The translations under genes and the position numbers were made by a program. Under the pieces are notes generated by a model. It saw only the letters and a list, made by a program, of their open reading frames with translations. It searched no databases and was not told the origin of the DNA. 24,923 nt of DNA from IMG/VR virus record IMGVR_UViG_3300025628_000013, positions 1 through 24,923 of that record. One strand, given 5' to 3'. Positions 9,934 to 18,033 of this stretch are shown in pieces (the stretch's first letter is position 1; each line of letters begins with the position of its first letter). This stretch comes from a virus. Lineage: Duplodnaviria > Caudoviricetes.

Positions 9934-10521
9934 CTACTCTTCTGCAGCCGGGTTAACCCCGGTTGTCCAGATGAATCCCGTTGAGGTACTCAGTAGTGCC
10001 TGCACTTCGACCCGGAGTCCACGCTGTTCATCGATCTTGAACGCGATAGGGTCTAGTACACGGACCGCTCCAGTCGGGATGATGATGTGTTTATACGATA
10101 GACCCTCTTGCGTGGTTTCAGCATCGGCGTTCAGAGGAGTCACCACCCCGTTGTCGTAAGGCTTGAGCGTGAATGAGAACGTCCTGCTGGAATCCTTGAC
10201 CCCCGCCGCATTTGCATGGATGTACGCAGTCTCAGCAGCGGTGGCACTGAACACTCCAGCCGCACCGAACTTCGCCAGCGTTTCCAGCGTAGTATCCACC
10301 GTCGGAGCCGCAATAGTCGCGGAGGCGATCATATTGAACCGCATCCACGCTTCAGTGCCCTGAGCGATGCTGTCAGTCGGGGTATCTCCGCTGGCGTTCT
10401 TCTTGATCTTCAGAGTCTCCTTTTCGGAGGTCTCGAACTCAATCTCCCCCATGCAGGAGATGGTCGTCACGTCGTCGAGAATCAGATCGGCCTGTCCAGC
10501 GTCGTAAAAGTAGAATGCCAC
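9934..10521 (-). CDS. Tail tube (major tail) protein, copy 1
   Basis: 195 aa; GTG start with strong SD AAAGGAGG; beta-rich tube-like pattern (GEIEFETSEKETLKIK...GDTPTDSIAQGTEAWMRFNM); synteny. Confidence 0.7.
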   Translation of the reverse strand: MAFYFYDAGQADLILDDVTTISCMGEIEFETSEKETLKIKKNASGDTPTDSIAQGTEAWMRFNMIASATIAAPTVDTTLETLAKFGAAGVFSATAAETAYIHANAAGVKDSSRTFSFTLKPYDNGVVTPLNADAETTQEGLSYKHIIIPTGAVRVLDPIAFKIDEQRGLRVEVQALLSTSTGFIWTTGVNPAAEE

Positions 10522-10535
10522 GATGGACCTCCTTT

Positions 10536-10805
10536 TCAGTCTATGTCGTATTCGTCAGGTATCTGTTCCACCCAATCATCGGGAATATCTTCCCCGTGGG
10601 CAAGCTGAAGGTATTCAGGACCGGGTCGCGGTGGTAGGAACCGGCTGTCTGCGTACACCGCCATGAGAACTCCATCGGGCCTCGTGTAGACCTTCGGGAT
10701 ACCAAGGGATACTACGCACCCCGTCGGGGCAAGGCAGTCCATAGCGTCATTCCTGTACCGCGACGCGACGTTCTCATACTTGCTGGTCTTGTGCCATATG
10801 ACCAT
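10536..10805 (-). CDS. Hypothetical protein (89 aa)
   Basis: ATG at 10805 overlaps the upstream TAA (TAATG) and has a GGAGG SD; fills the gap before the tube gene. Confidence 0.7.
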   Translation of the reverse strand: MVIWHKTSKYENVASRYRNDAMDCLAPTGCVVSLGIPKVYTRPDGVLMAVYADSRFLPPRPGPEYLQLAHGEDIPDDWVEQIPDEYDID

Positions 10806-12568
10806 TACTGCGGACCTCCACTCGTGATCTCGGTGTATGGTCCTTCCCACGTTGGATCGTTGCTGTCCGCTCCGTCGGTTGAACCAAGTTGCCCATCATT
10901 GCCGTTACCGGACTTGTCGGTGCACGTCTGCCCGGAACCGGGGAGCATGGGATATGAGACGGACGTACCTGTTGGATCGGTCTCTACCATAAGTGTCTGT
11001 ACCTGCACTTGTGTCAATGAGATCGGGAATATGTTAACGGCAGTGCCCGTACCAACAAAATTAACTCCTGCTAGAGTTTGCCCACCAATGACCAAGACCT
11101 GCGGTGTAACGTTCACGACGCTTATTGCCGCATCCAAAACCTTCTCACCGGTCGCGTCAACCCCATCTATATACAAGGTGAGCGTACTGGCACCCCATGT
11201 ATAGCCCACATGATGCCAATCTCCATCTTGGTATGAGGTAGCAAAATTATACCGCTTGGCGTGGCCAGCGTAATCCCCATTGTCTGAGATAATAACGTAG
11301 GTATCAGATATTAACCATGCTCGGTCAGTGTATTGTGCCATCAGTATACCGGAGGTCGCTTTCACCCACGCGAATGCTGAGAGGGCCGTGCCATCTGCGG
11401 CACCAGGCCAGATATCAGATGTGACCACGTAGTCGTCACCATCGAATGTGAGGCTGTAGAACCTACTAACGGTATCCGTCAGGGTCCACAAGGCCGTATT
11501 CGCTAGATAGTTATGTGCATCGACCGCATTCGTAAACTGCCCACTGCCGGGGTAGGTAGTCCAGTCGCTCGTGATCCCTAACGCACCAAACGTGACACTT
11601 GCCGGGACCCCGCCCGCGATATACGCCTGATTAGCAAAGCCGATGAGGACTTGGTTCCAGCTTGCCGTGGTGACTCCTGAGCCGTCCAAGCAGAACGTTG
11701 CGTCAGACAGAGGTGAAATATCCCACGATGCCATTTCCACGCCGTTATACGCCGTCGCACCGTTGAGCATATACGATATCGAGTAGAGACTAGTGGAGGC
11801 GGTCGAGTCTGGGATAACGGTCAGGTTCACAGCGTCCCGGAAGGCACCCGGAAGGGCGACGAGACCAAGACCGCCAAACGTCGTGCATTCCGTCAACTGC
11901 TCCACTCCGGTCCACGCCGTCGTCTTCCCGAACTGAGAGAGCGTTCCGCGAATCTTCGCGGTGTATTCACCCTCGACCGCATAGGTGTGGGTCAGGTCTG
12001 CGGAGGTATCCCACGTCGATGTCTCCCCATCATCCCAATCCACAAGCACATCCACGGTACCACGGAGCGGAAGAACGACAGTTCCGTCACCAAGGGACGT
12101 GTCAAACGTCAACCGCATGAACTCGGTAACAGGAGGCAGGGGAGTCGGAGCAATAGATCGATCCCATCTCTCAATTCCGATCGTGAAGTTCAGACTCCAC
12201 TCATACGCGCCGCCCGGTTTCTCCTGCCCGATGAATTGCGGTATCGAATCCGCGAACATCGTGTTGCATCGATACGTCAACTCATTGGTATCCGGATCCG
12301 GGAAGTATACGCCGCACTGGCTGTGCATCAGGTCGAATGCAGCCTGTGAACGTGCCTTCGCCACGAAGTAAGATTCAGCCCGTGAGAGTATCTGGACACG
12401 CCAGTCAATATGATCCGTGAACGGGGCTGCTTCCGCTCTCCCACCTTCACGCTCAAGGAGGACATCGCAGTCCACCGGAGCATCGTCGGGACGGAACCCG
12501 AGGAACAGGTCCGTTCCGACCGTCAGACTGAGACCATCTTCAAGGAATCTGCCGAGGTATTTGATCAT
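10805..12568 (-). CDS. Tail terminator-like protein (Minor_capsid_3-like N-terminus) fused to PKD-like, BspA/DUF285-like and LamG-like domains
   Basis: First ~135 aa (GTDLFLGFRPD, VQILSRAESYFVA, PQFIGQE, EWSLNF) plus synteny indicate a terminator. Then PTPLPP linker; VDWDDG...THTYAVEGEY (PKD-like); AFRDAVNL...YNGVEMASWDIS (BspA-like); LTFDGDDYV, AWVK, DGDWHHVGYTW, LYIDGV, DKSGNGNDG (LamG-like). Confidence 0.75.
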   Translation of the reverse strand: MIKYLGRFLEDGLSLTVGTDLFLGFRPDDAPVDCDVLLEREGGRAEAAPFTDHIDWRVQILSRAESYFVAKARSQAAFDLMHSQCGVYFPDPDTNELTYRCNTMFADSIPQFIGQEKPGGAYEWSLNFTIGIERWDRSIAPTPLPPVTEFMRLTFDTSLGDGTVVLPLRGTVDVLVDWDDGETSTWDTSADLTHTYAVEGEYTAKIRGTLSQFGKTTAWTGVEQLTECTTFGGLGLVALPGAFRDAVNLTVIPDSTASTSLYSISYMLNGATAYNGVEMASWDISPLSDATFCLDGSGVTTASWNQVLIGFANQAYIAGGVPASVTFGALGITSDWTTYPGSGQFTNAVDAHNYLANTALWTLTDTVSRFYSLTFDGDDYVVTSDIWPGAADGTALSAFAWVKATSGILMAQYTDRAWLISDTYVIISDNGDYAGHAKRYNFATSYQDGDWHHVGYTWGASTLTLYIDGVDATGEKVLDAAISVVNVTPQVLVIGGQTLAGVNFVGTGTAVNIFPISLTQVQVQTLMVETDPTGTSVSYPMLPGSGQTCTDKSGNGNDGQLGSTDGADSNDPTWEGPYTEITSGGPQ

Positions 12569-12996
12569 TTGAACCTCTTCACGACTGGGCGTAACATGAT
12601 CTTGATATACTGCTTTTCGTACATGGTCTTTTTGGATGAGAGGAACTTCGCGCCGGAACCCGGTTCCGTGAAGTTGAATGACACACCCTCATGCTGTCGT
12701 GCAGCATACGGAGCATTGAACCCAACGGTCAGGAGAACCTTGGGGTGCGGGACGTTTCCGAGGTTCGGTGTTCCGTCCTTCTCGCCCTTTATACCGCCGA
12801 TGTATTTGCCTTTGACGTGGACGCTCCCGGAGCCTCTCAGGGTGCCTTCCTTGAGCGGGACGGACGGCTGTTTGTTCACCGCGTCATCAATCCACTGCAT
12901 ACCGGCAATCGCGGCACCTCTTTCGAGTTCCTTCCACAACGCCTTTTCAGCACGGTCGAGACCCTTCATGGCTTCGGCCATAACGTCCTTGCTCAT
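12565..12996 (-). CDS. Neck / tail completion protein (HK97 gp10-like)
   Basis: VPLKEGTLRGSG, VGFNAPYAARQHE and PGSGAKFL motifs; synteny. Confidence 0.8.
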   Translation of the reverse strand: MSKDVMAEAMKGLDRAEKALWKELERGAAIAGMQWIDDAVNKQPSVPLKEGTLRGSGSVHVKGKYIGGIKGEKDGTPNLGNVPHPKVLLTVGFNAPYAARQHEGVSFNFTEPGSGAKFLSSKKTMYEKQYIKIMLRPVVKRFK

Positions 12997-13307
12997 GCGA
13001 TCCGCACCTTGATACCGCGTATCTGAAAGTCTGCACGCTTGGTGATCTGGAGTATCTGGTGACCGTTCCCATCCGTGGTTGTTTCTCCGGGCAGGAGGAC
13101 GCGGGTATTCAACGTGACCGCTGGATCTCCCGCAAAGTGAATTGCTGCCATCGACTGGACCTTCTCCCCGGTAGCAAGCTGGACCAGTTTCTGCTCATAC
13201 TGGACACGGGCATCCGCGGTCGTTTCCGTCACCACACCCGGTTCGCCGTATTTATCAGTCGCGGTATCCAGGAGCGTCACCGTGTCCTGCATATAGACCT
13301 TCATCAT
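12993..13307 (-). CDS. Head closure (stopper) protein
   Basis: 104 aa with QDTVTL, DKYGEP and ARVQYEQKLV...GEKVQS; synteny. Confidence 0.75.
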   Translation of the reverse strand: MMKVYMQDTVTLLDTATDKYGEPGVVTETTADARVQYEQKLVQLATGEKVQSMAAIHFAGDPAVTLNTRVLLPGETTTDGNGHQILQITKRADFQIRGIKVRIA

Positions 13308-14125
13308 CTGGCGGCCTCTTTCTCGCGTTCTCGTTCCGTTCCTTCATCAATAGCACTAACTGTGTGTTTACAGTTAGGATGGTATGGAGGGTATTCGGTT
13401 AATCTCGGATACTCTTTACTTGACCCGCTGATTGAATAGATGTTCCCGGCGAACGGGACACATATATCAGATGGATTCTCATGGTCCGAGACCCGCACGA
13501 GGTCCATACCCAATTCAAGTGCCGTGTTGATCGTCCCGTTGCTGGATGCCTCACGTGTTCGCGTCCTCGCTACCGTCTCTGAATACTTATACGGGTTATA
13601 GTTCCTTCCGTTGATCCTGAGCGTCTGTCCAGCTCCTATACGCTTTTTCATGGCATCATAGATGGAGTTGGAAACGCCCTTGCGGGTCTCGCCTTCGATA
13701 AGGCCCTGCGCCACCTTCTGACTGAGTAGTTTGTCCGTGACGATCTTCTGCTGACTGATCCGCACCGCGCCTTTGTAAAATCTTCCGACGGCGGCGTTCG
13801 CTTCCGTCAGGTCGTCAGTCATACCGAGGACCAGATTGCTAACCGCACTGGTATGAATCCGGGCACCCATGTTGGCCGTCTCACTGACAACCCGTGCGGT
13901 CTTCGCTGCTGCTACTCCGTATGCGTCAGAGATTGCGGCCTTCGACACGACAGCGGAAACATCATTGAGCCTCCGCACCTCCACGTTGATCTGCCGGATC
14001 AGTTCACGGCTCCGCTGGACCTTGATCGGTGTACTGTCAGCAGACGCGGCGATCTTAGCAAGCCGTCTCCGGGATGTCCGGTATGCTTTATGAAGTTCCG
14101 AGACCGCCCTGTCTGTCTGATTCAT
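13304..14125 (-). CDS. MuF / SPP1 gp7-like minor head protein
   Basis: GRNYNPYKYSETVART, DLVRVSDH, CVPFAGNIYS and PPYHPNCKH signatures. Confidence 0.85.
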   Translation of the reverse strand: MNQTDRAVSELHKAYRTSRRRLAKIAASADSTPIKVQRSRELIRQINVEVRRLNDVSAVVSKAAISDAYGVAAAKTARVVSETANMGARIHTSAVSNLVLGMTDDLTEANAAVGRFYKGAVRISQQKIVTDKLLSQKVAQGLIEGETRKGVSNSIYDAMKKRIGAGQTLRINGRNYNPYKYSETVARTRTREASSNGTINTALELGMDLVRVSDHENPSDICVPFAGNIYSISGSSKEYPRLTEYPPYHPNCKHTVSAIDEGTEREREKEAAR

Positions 14126-14571
14126 GACAATTCATCCGTATTCCAAGCACCTAGCAGGTTCACCGAACCCATGACGCTATTCTGCGTACCGTAATCCTTG
14201 AGAAGGTTCTGCACACGTGGAGAGACCGGGACCGGCAACGTCCCGTCCGTATCCGCGTAGGATTCACCTACGACAGTGGACGACTTCACGCCCTGTGCAC
14301 GGAGGCCCATACGAGCATCCATGTCGCCTTGATTCTGGAGGAGGAACAACGCTTGCTCACACTGGCCGTCTTCCATCACCTGCACGGCGGTGTCAGGGAA
14401 CCCGAACCGGTCATCGTTCGTCAGTTGGAAATACGCCGTTGCCAGTGCGGCCTCTTTGGTCGCGTCCGTAACGGTATCACTCCACACGGCATCCGCATTG
14501 AGACGCAAGACCATGTACGTTTCCGCGTCCGCGAGAGATAGCCACGTATTCGTTCCGACGGTCAGTGACAT
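14122..14571 (-). CDS. Head-tail adaptor (family often labelled DnaT-like)
   Basis: NTWLSLADAETY, KEAALATA, GQCEQALFLL and QGVKSSTV motifs; downstream of the MCP. Confidence 0.8.
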   Translation of the reverse strand: MSLTVGTNTWLSLADAETYMVLRLNADAVWSDTVTDATKEAALATAYFQLTNDDRFGFPDTAVQVMEDGQCEQALFLLQNQGDMDARMGLRAQGVKSSTVVGESYADTDGTLPVPVSPRVQNLLKDYGTQNSVMGSVNLLGAWNTDELS

Positions 14572-14577
14572 GGGTAG

Positions 14578-14826
14578 TTACTCCTTGGGTTTCAGGGCCT
14601 CTGCCAGGGCATCGAAGATATCCCGTTTCTCGTTCTTCGCACCGAGACGCTGGAAGATGAACGAGAGGGCGACGAGGATCAACGCGACCGCCTGAGTATA
14701 CGGGTCGTGAATAGAGACCACATCGGTTGCAACGGAACCACCGAGGCCAACGAGACTGAGGGCGGTGATGATCGTTTTCTTACCACGGATGGCGGTCTTG
14801 GCGAGCTTGAAAATTGTTCCGAACAT
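14578..14826 (-). CDS. Small membrane protein, holin-like (82 aa)
   Basis: ATG at 14826 with GGAGG SD. Basic N-terminus (IRGKKTII), two hydrophobic segments and a charged C-tail. Membrane character is visible; the holin role is inference. Confidence 0.5.
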   Translation of the reverse strand: MFGTIFKLAKTAIRGKKTIITALSLVGLGGSVATDVVSIHDPYTQAVALILVALSFIFQRLGAKNEKRDIFDALAEALKPKE

Positions 14827-14849
14827 GAGGTATCCTCCGGGGATATTGA

Positions 14850-14872
14850 GGGAGGCACGGGCTGTGCCTCCC
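14850..14872 (-). terminator. GC-rich stem-loop after the major capsid gene (weak terminator or mRNA stabiliser)
   Basis: Perfect 9-bp inverted repeat GGGAGGCAC-N5-GTGCCTCCC; no clear U-tract follows (TCAATAT). Confidence 0.55.
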
Positions 14873-14897
14873 CCGTTCAATCAGGACAGGTCAGCGT

Positions 14898-15914
14898 CTA
14901 CGAAATCGAGCAACGCTGGAATTGCTTTTCCTCGCCAATTGCGCCAGCGAAGCGCATCCATCCCACGGCACCCTCAAGGTTCGCCAGAGGATCAGCGAGT
15001 GGAGTCATGGTAAGGTCCTGACGGTATCCACCGACGGTCTTACGACCGGGCAGACACACGTAGTATTCATCAGATTCAGCAAGCATGAGACTGGTGACCA
15101 GTTTGACGTTGTATCCGAGATACGTGGCGGCACCAGCCAACTGCTGATTGGTGATTCCGAGAGCCTGCGTCAAACGCACCTTAAGCGTGTTCGGCGCGAG
15201 GATAACGAACTGAGACGACGGTGTGATACCGAAGCCACTTTTGAGGTCACTGATGATCTCTTCACACGCGGCGTTGATCGTGTTCACATCGCGGACTGCG
15301 TTGTAATCACGGTTGGTGCTCGCGTATGACGCCGGGGTAACAGCCTGCCATGCCAGGTCCTGTCCTGATGTGACACCGTTCGTCTGGTCGTCGATGATGT
15401 CATAGTACGCCTGTGAGCGTGCCTGCATCGACTCAGTTCTGAACGCGATAGCGGTATCCTCGACCGACCAGTAGTCACCGTCAGACATCAGGTTCTTGTC
15501 CCAGCCGAGACCACCACCGTAATCGACAAACGGGATGGTGACCTTTGCTCCTGAGACCTTGTTGATGATGGCTCGACTACCCTTTTCGACCTTGGCGATT
15601 GCCGCTCCGCTGGTAACGTCCAGCAGGTCCATACCGGAAGCCCTTGTCCCCGTGTAGTCACGGATGGCGAAGACCTCTTCGTATGCAGTGTCATAGTCAC
15701 CGGGGGCCACGAGAGTCTTGAGCAGGATTTCGCGCTGTGCATCGGGGAAGTCACCCTCGAGTGCGTAGTGCTGAATCGCGCCCTTGATCTCTGGAAGTTC
15801 CGGTGCTCTCATGAAGTAATCCATCGCACCGTAGAACTGAGCGATAGATTCGGGCTTTGCGGGATCGACCAGTGACCAGTCCTTGATGATCCGTCCCTGA
15901 TTAGGCTTCAACAT
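14898..15914 (-). CDS. Major capsid protein (HK97-fold)
   Basis: 338 aa, SD AAAGGAG, YGGGLGWDKNLMSDG motif and ILAPNTL; lies after scaffold/decoration genes and is followed by a hairpin. Confidence 0.85.
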   Translation of the reverse strand: MLKPNQGRIIKDWSLVDPAKPESIAQFYGAMDYFMRAPELPEIKGAIQHYALEGDFPDAQREILLKTLVAPGDYDTAYEEVFAIRDYTGTRASGMDLLDVTSGAAIAKVEKGSRAIINKVSGAKVTIPFVDYGGGLGWDKNLMSDGDYWSVEDTAIAFRTESMQARSQAYYDIIDDQTNGVTSGQDLAWQAVTPASYASTNRDYNAVRDVNTINAACEEIISDLKSGFGITPSSQFVILAPNTLKVRLTQALGITNQQLAGAATYLGYNVKLVTSLMLAESDEYYVCLPGRKTVGGYRQDLTMTPLADPLANLEGAVGWMRFAGAIGEEKQFQRCSIS

Positions 15915-15935
15915 GATCGTGCTCCTTTCCTGCGG

Positions 15936-16703
15936 TTAGACAGATTTGTAGAATACCTGGTACGTGATTTTCGTTCCGGCATCCAGCGTTGCGCCGATAG
16001 CAATGAGGTCAATCCCCTTGCTTGCAGTAAGGTCCGTGCCCACCCCCGGTCCGTCGTCAGTATTCGCTATCGCGATACCGTGCGAACCGATGACTGCTCC
16101 GGTAGTCAATGCGGCAATGTCCATAGCCGTCACGATGACCGGAGAACTGTTATCGTCCTGAAGGTTGATCGACGTTCCGGCAGAGGTGTTAAATGCGCCG
16201 TCCACGAGGAACCGGTACCCAACCACACGGAGAGTGACACCAGCAACAGCAGCGACCACCGTTACCCCGGTCTCAATCTCGGCCTGGGTTGCCGAACCTT
16301 CGACGCTGTAGACCAGCCCCGGAGTAGTGTCCAACTGAGGTGCACCGGTCAGTTCGATCATGACGGAAGTGGCACCGGTTCCGGGCTGTGCATAGACCGT
16401 GGTTCCGCAGGCGGTATTCGCCCCAGAGTTACTGTCATACGTCACCTGTTCGTTGCTTGCGTCGTGATAGACCGTATCACCGATATCGTAGTGCGTGCCG
16501 CCACCATTCGCCACACACGGCACGGTGATCCGGCGGGACTTGTAGACAAGCACACCGACAGCGGAGGTAACGACATCCGCCACCACCACACCAATGATGT
16601 TGTTCACCAGAATCACATCACCGGCGGTATAGTCGGCAGCCGCTGTAAACGGTGTTTCCGAATACATCTCCAGTTCGTGATTTTTATATACTGTAGCAGT
16701 CAT
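15936..16703 (-). CDS. Capsid decoration/cement protein, DUF2190-like N-domain plus C-terminal extension
   Basis: TAAADYTAGDVILVNNIIGVVVAD...IGDTVYHD...SVMIEL pattern; occupies the lambda gpD position. Confidence 0.7.
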   Translation of the reverse strand: MTATVYKNHELEMYSETPFTAAADYTAGDVILVNNIIGVVVADVVTSAVGVLVYKSRRITVPCVANGGGTHYDIGDTVYHDASNEQVTYDSNSGANTACGTTVYAQPGTGATSVMIELTGAPQLDTTPGLVYSVEGSATQAEIETGVTVVAAVAGVTLRVVGYRFLVDGAFNTSAGTSINLQDDNSSPVIVTAMDIAALTTGAVIGSHGIAIANTDDGPGVGTDLTASKGIDLIAIGATLDAGTKITYQVFYKSV

Positions 16704-16733
16704 GTCCTCGTTCCTTCTCCGTGGTCCCGCTTC

Positions 16734-17267
16734 CTACGGGATCATCGGGTTGTTTTTGGGCACGGTAAGATCACCGCCGGGTTCAGCACCATCGCCTTCA
16801 GCGTTCGGTGGAGTCTCCGGGGTTTCTTCCTTCACGCCCATCAGGGTTGCTAATTCTCGGTATTCCACGAGTTGTGCGTCCTGCCATATGGTCAACGCAG
16901 CTTTCACCTTCGGCTCCTCAGTCTCCTCAGTCGTGAAACTGGTGAGATTTTTGGCCATGTACGCCTTCTGAGGGTCCGTCAGTTTCCTCTCGGTGGCGAG
17001 TGCACCGAACATATCTCCTCGCGTTGCAGACAGAATCGTGCCGTTGGCGGTTGCCAATTCCTGATCCTTTCGGACTGCATCAGCGGTCAGCTTGTCGATC
17101 TCAAGCGTTGCCTTTGCCTGAACGTTCCGTGCGGCTTCAACTCCAGTCTGGTCGATCTTCTGCTTCACCACCGGAATGGCGAGAAGCGTCTTGTCATCGA
17201 ACAGGTCGGTTGGTGCTACGGTCAGGGTTCCGGCCTTCATCTCTGCAATGATCTCTGCGATAGTCAT
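16734..17267 (-). CDS. Nested scaffolding protein from an internal in-frame start (177 aa)
   Basis: GAGGAGGTAACTGTC-ATG at codon 196 of the protease gene. Confidence 0.6.
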   Translation of the reverse strand: MTIAEIIAEMKAGTLTVAPTDLFDDKTLLAIPVVKQKIDQTGVEAARNVQAKATLEIDKLTADAVRKDQELATANGTILSATRGDMFGALATERKLTDPQKAYMAKNLTSFTTEETEEPKVKAALTIWQDAQLVEYRELATLMGVKEETPETPPNAEGDGAEPGGDLTVPKNNPMIP

Positions 17268-17852
17268 GACAGTTACCTCCTCGGACGGCAAAAAGTGCTG
17301 AACCGTCGCGAGTAATGTTGCCCCACTGAATGCGGGTTTTGTTTCCCGTGAATCACCCAAGGCGATCCCGGTAATGGCTGGCACGTCCTGTACCAGCAAG
17401 TCGTCCCCGTTCCAAGACATCGACAGATTGGCCTCGAATGAAGCCATGTCGAGCGTCCTTGAACGGTATTCTGGATAGATATACGCGGCGACCAGTGCCG
17501 TCAGCTTGGAATCTATCGTCTTGATGGCCTTACCCACGACTTCACCAAGAGGAGTTCTCCCGGTATCGCTGGCATCTGGATCTGATTTATGCCCATCGAA
17601 GAACTTCACGCCATGCTGGACCGCGGCGTTGATCTTCGTAATGGCTGTTTTCATGTAGTGGAGTACCCGGTTTCCGAGACCCATGTGCTTCAGGTCCGCA
17701 CCGACTGCGGCCTCATGCCCGATCGCATATACGCGAATCTCCGGGTGCTCCTCCTTCGCCTTGAGGGCCTCCATGATATCCGGCGGGACCATCGCGTTCA
17801 CGTCCACGTCTGCCATGTGCATGATATTGGCTGTGATCGTTGTCATGGTCAT
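16734..17852 (-). CDS. Prohead protease-scaffold fusion
   Basis: Between portal and MCP. N-half has FFDGH, DMASFE and ITGIALG...PAF (reminiscent of Mu gpI-type proteases); C-half is helical with an acidic Pro-rich tail. Confidence 0.7.
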   Translation of the reverse strand: MTMTTITANIMHMADVDVNAMVPPDIMEALKAKEEHPEIRVYAIGHEAAVGADLKHMGLGNRVLHYMKTAITKINAAVQHGVKFFDGHKSDPDASDTGRTPLGEVVGKAIKTIDSKLTALVAAYIYPEYRSRTLDMASFEANLSMSWNGDDLLVQDVPAITGIALGDSRETKPAFSGATLLATVQHFLPSEEVTVMTIAEIIAEMKAGTLTVAPTDLFDDKTLLAIPVVKQKIDQTGVEAARNVQAKATLEIDKLTADAVRKDQELATANGTILSATRGDMFGALATERKLTDPQKAYMAKNLTSFTTEETEEPKVKAALTIWQDAQLVEYRELATLMGVKEETPETPPNAEGDGAEPGGDLTVPKNNPMIP

Positions 17853-17947
17853 CGTTCAATCTCCGATGTGTCTGTTGGCAGGTCCAGCGAGATAATCCAA
17901 TCTATCCAATCGAGCCATGACTGCCAGTGCGTCTGTTTCTCCGTCAT
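17849..17947 (-). CDS. Trp-rich micro-ORF B (32 aa, MTEKQTHWQSWLDWIDWIISLDLPTDTSEIER)
   Basis: GGAGGAAACC-ATG; ATGA overlaps at both ends. Confidence 0.6.
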   Translation of the reverse strand: MTEKQTHWQSWLDWIDWIISLDLPTDTSEIER

Positions 17948-18033
17948 GGTTTCCTCCGTCCGATCAGCAGCTCCAGCGTATCCCATGATATGAGGTTGTG
18001 ACTGAATAACCACCAGTAGATGTTTGCCATCAT
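17944..18033 (-). CDS. Trp-rich micro-ORF A (29 aa, MMANIYWWLFSHNLISWDTLELLIGRRKP)
   Basis: Starts in an ATGA overlap with the portal stop and ends in an ATGA overlap with ORF B; upstream GAAGGGGGTG. Confidence 0.5.
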   Translation of the reverse strand: MMANIYWWLFSHNLISWDTLELLIGRRKP

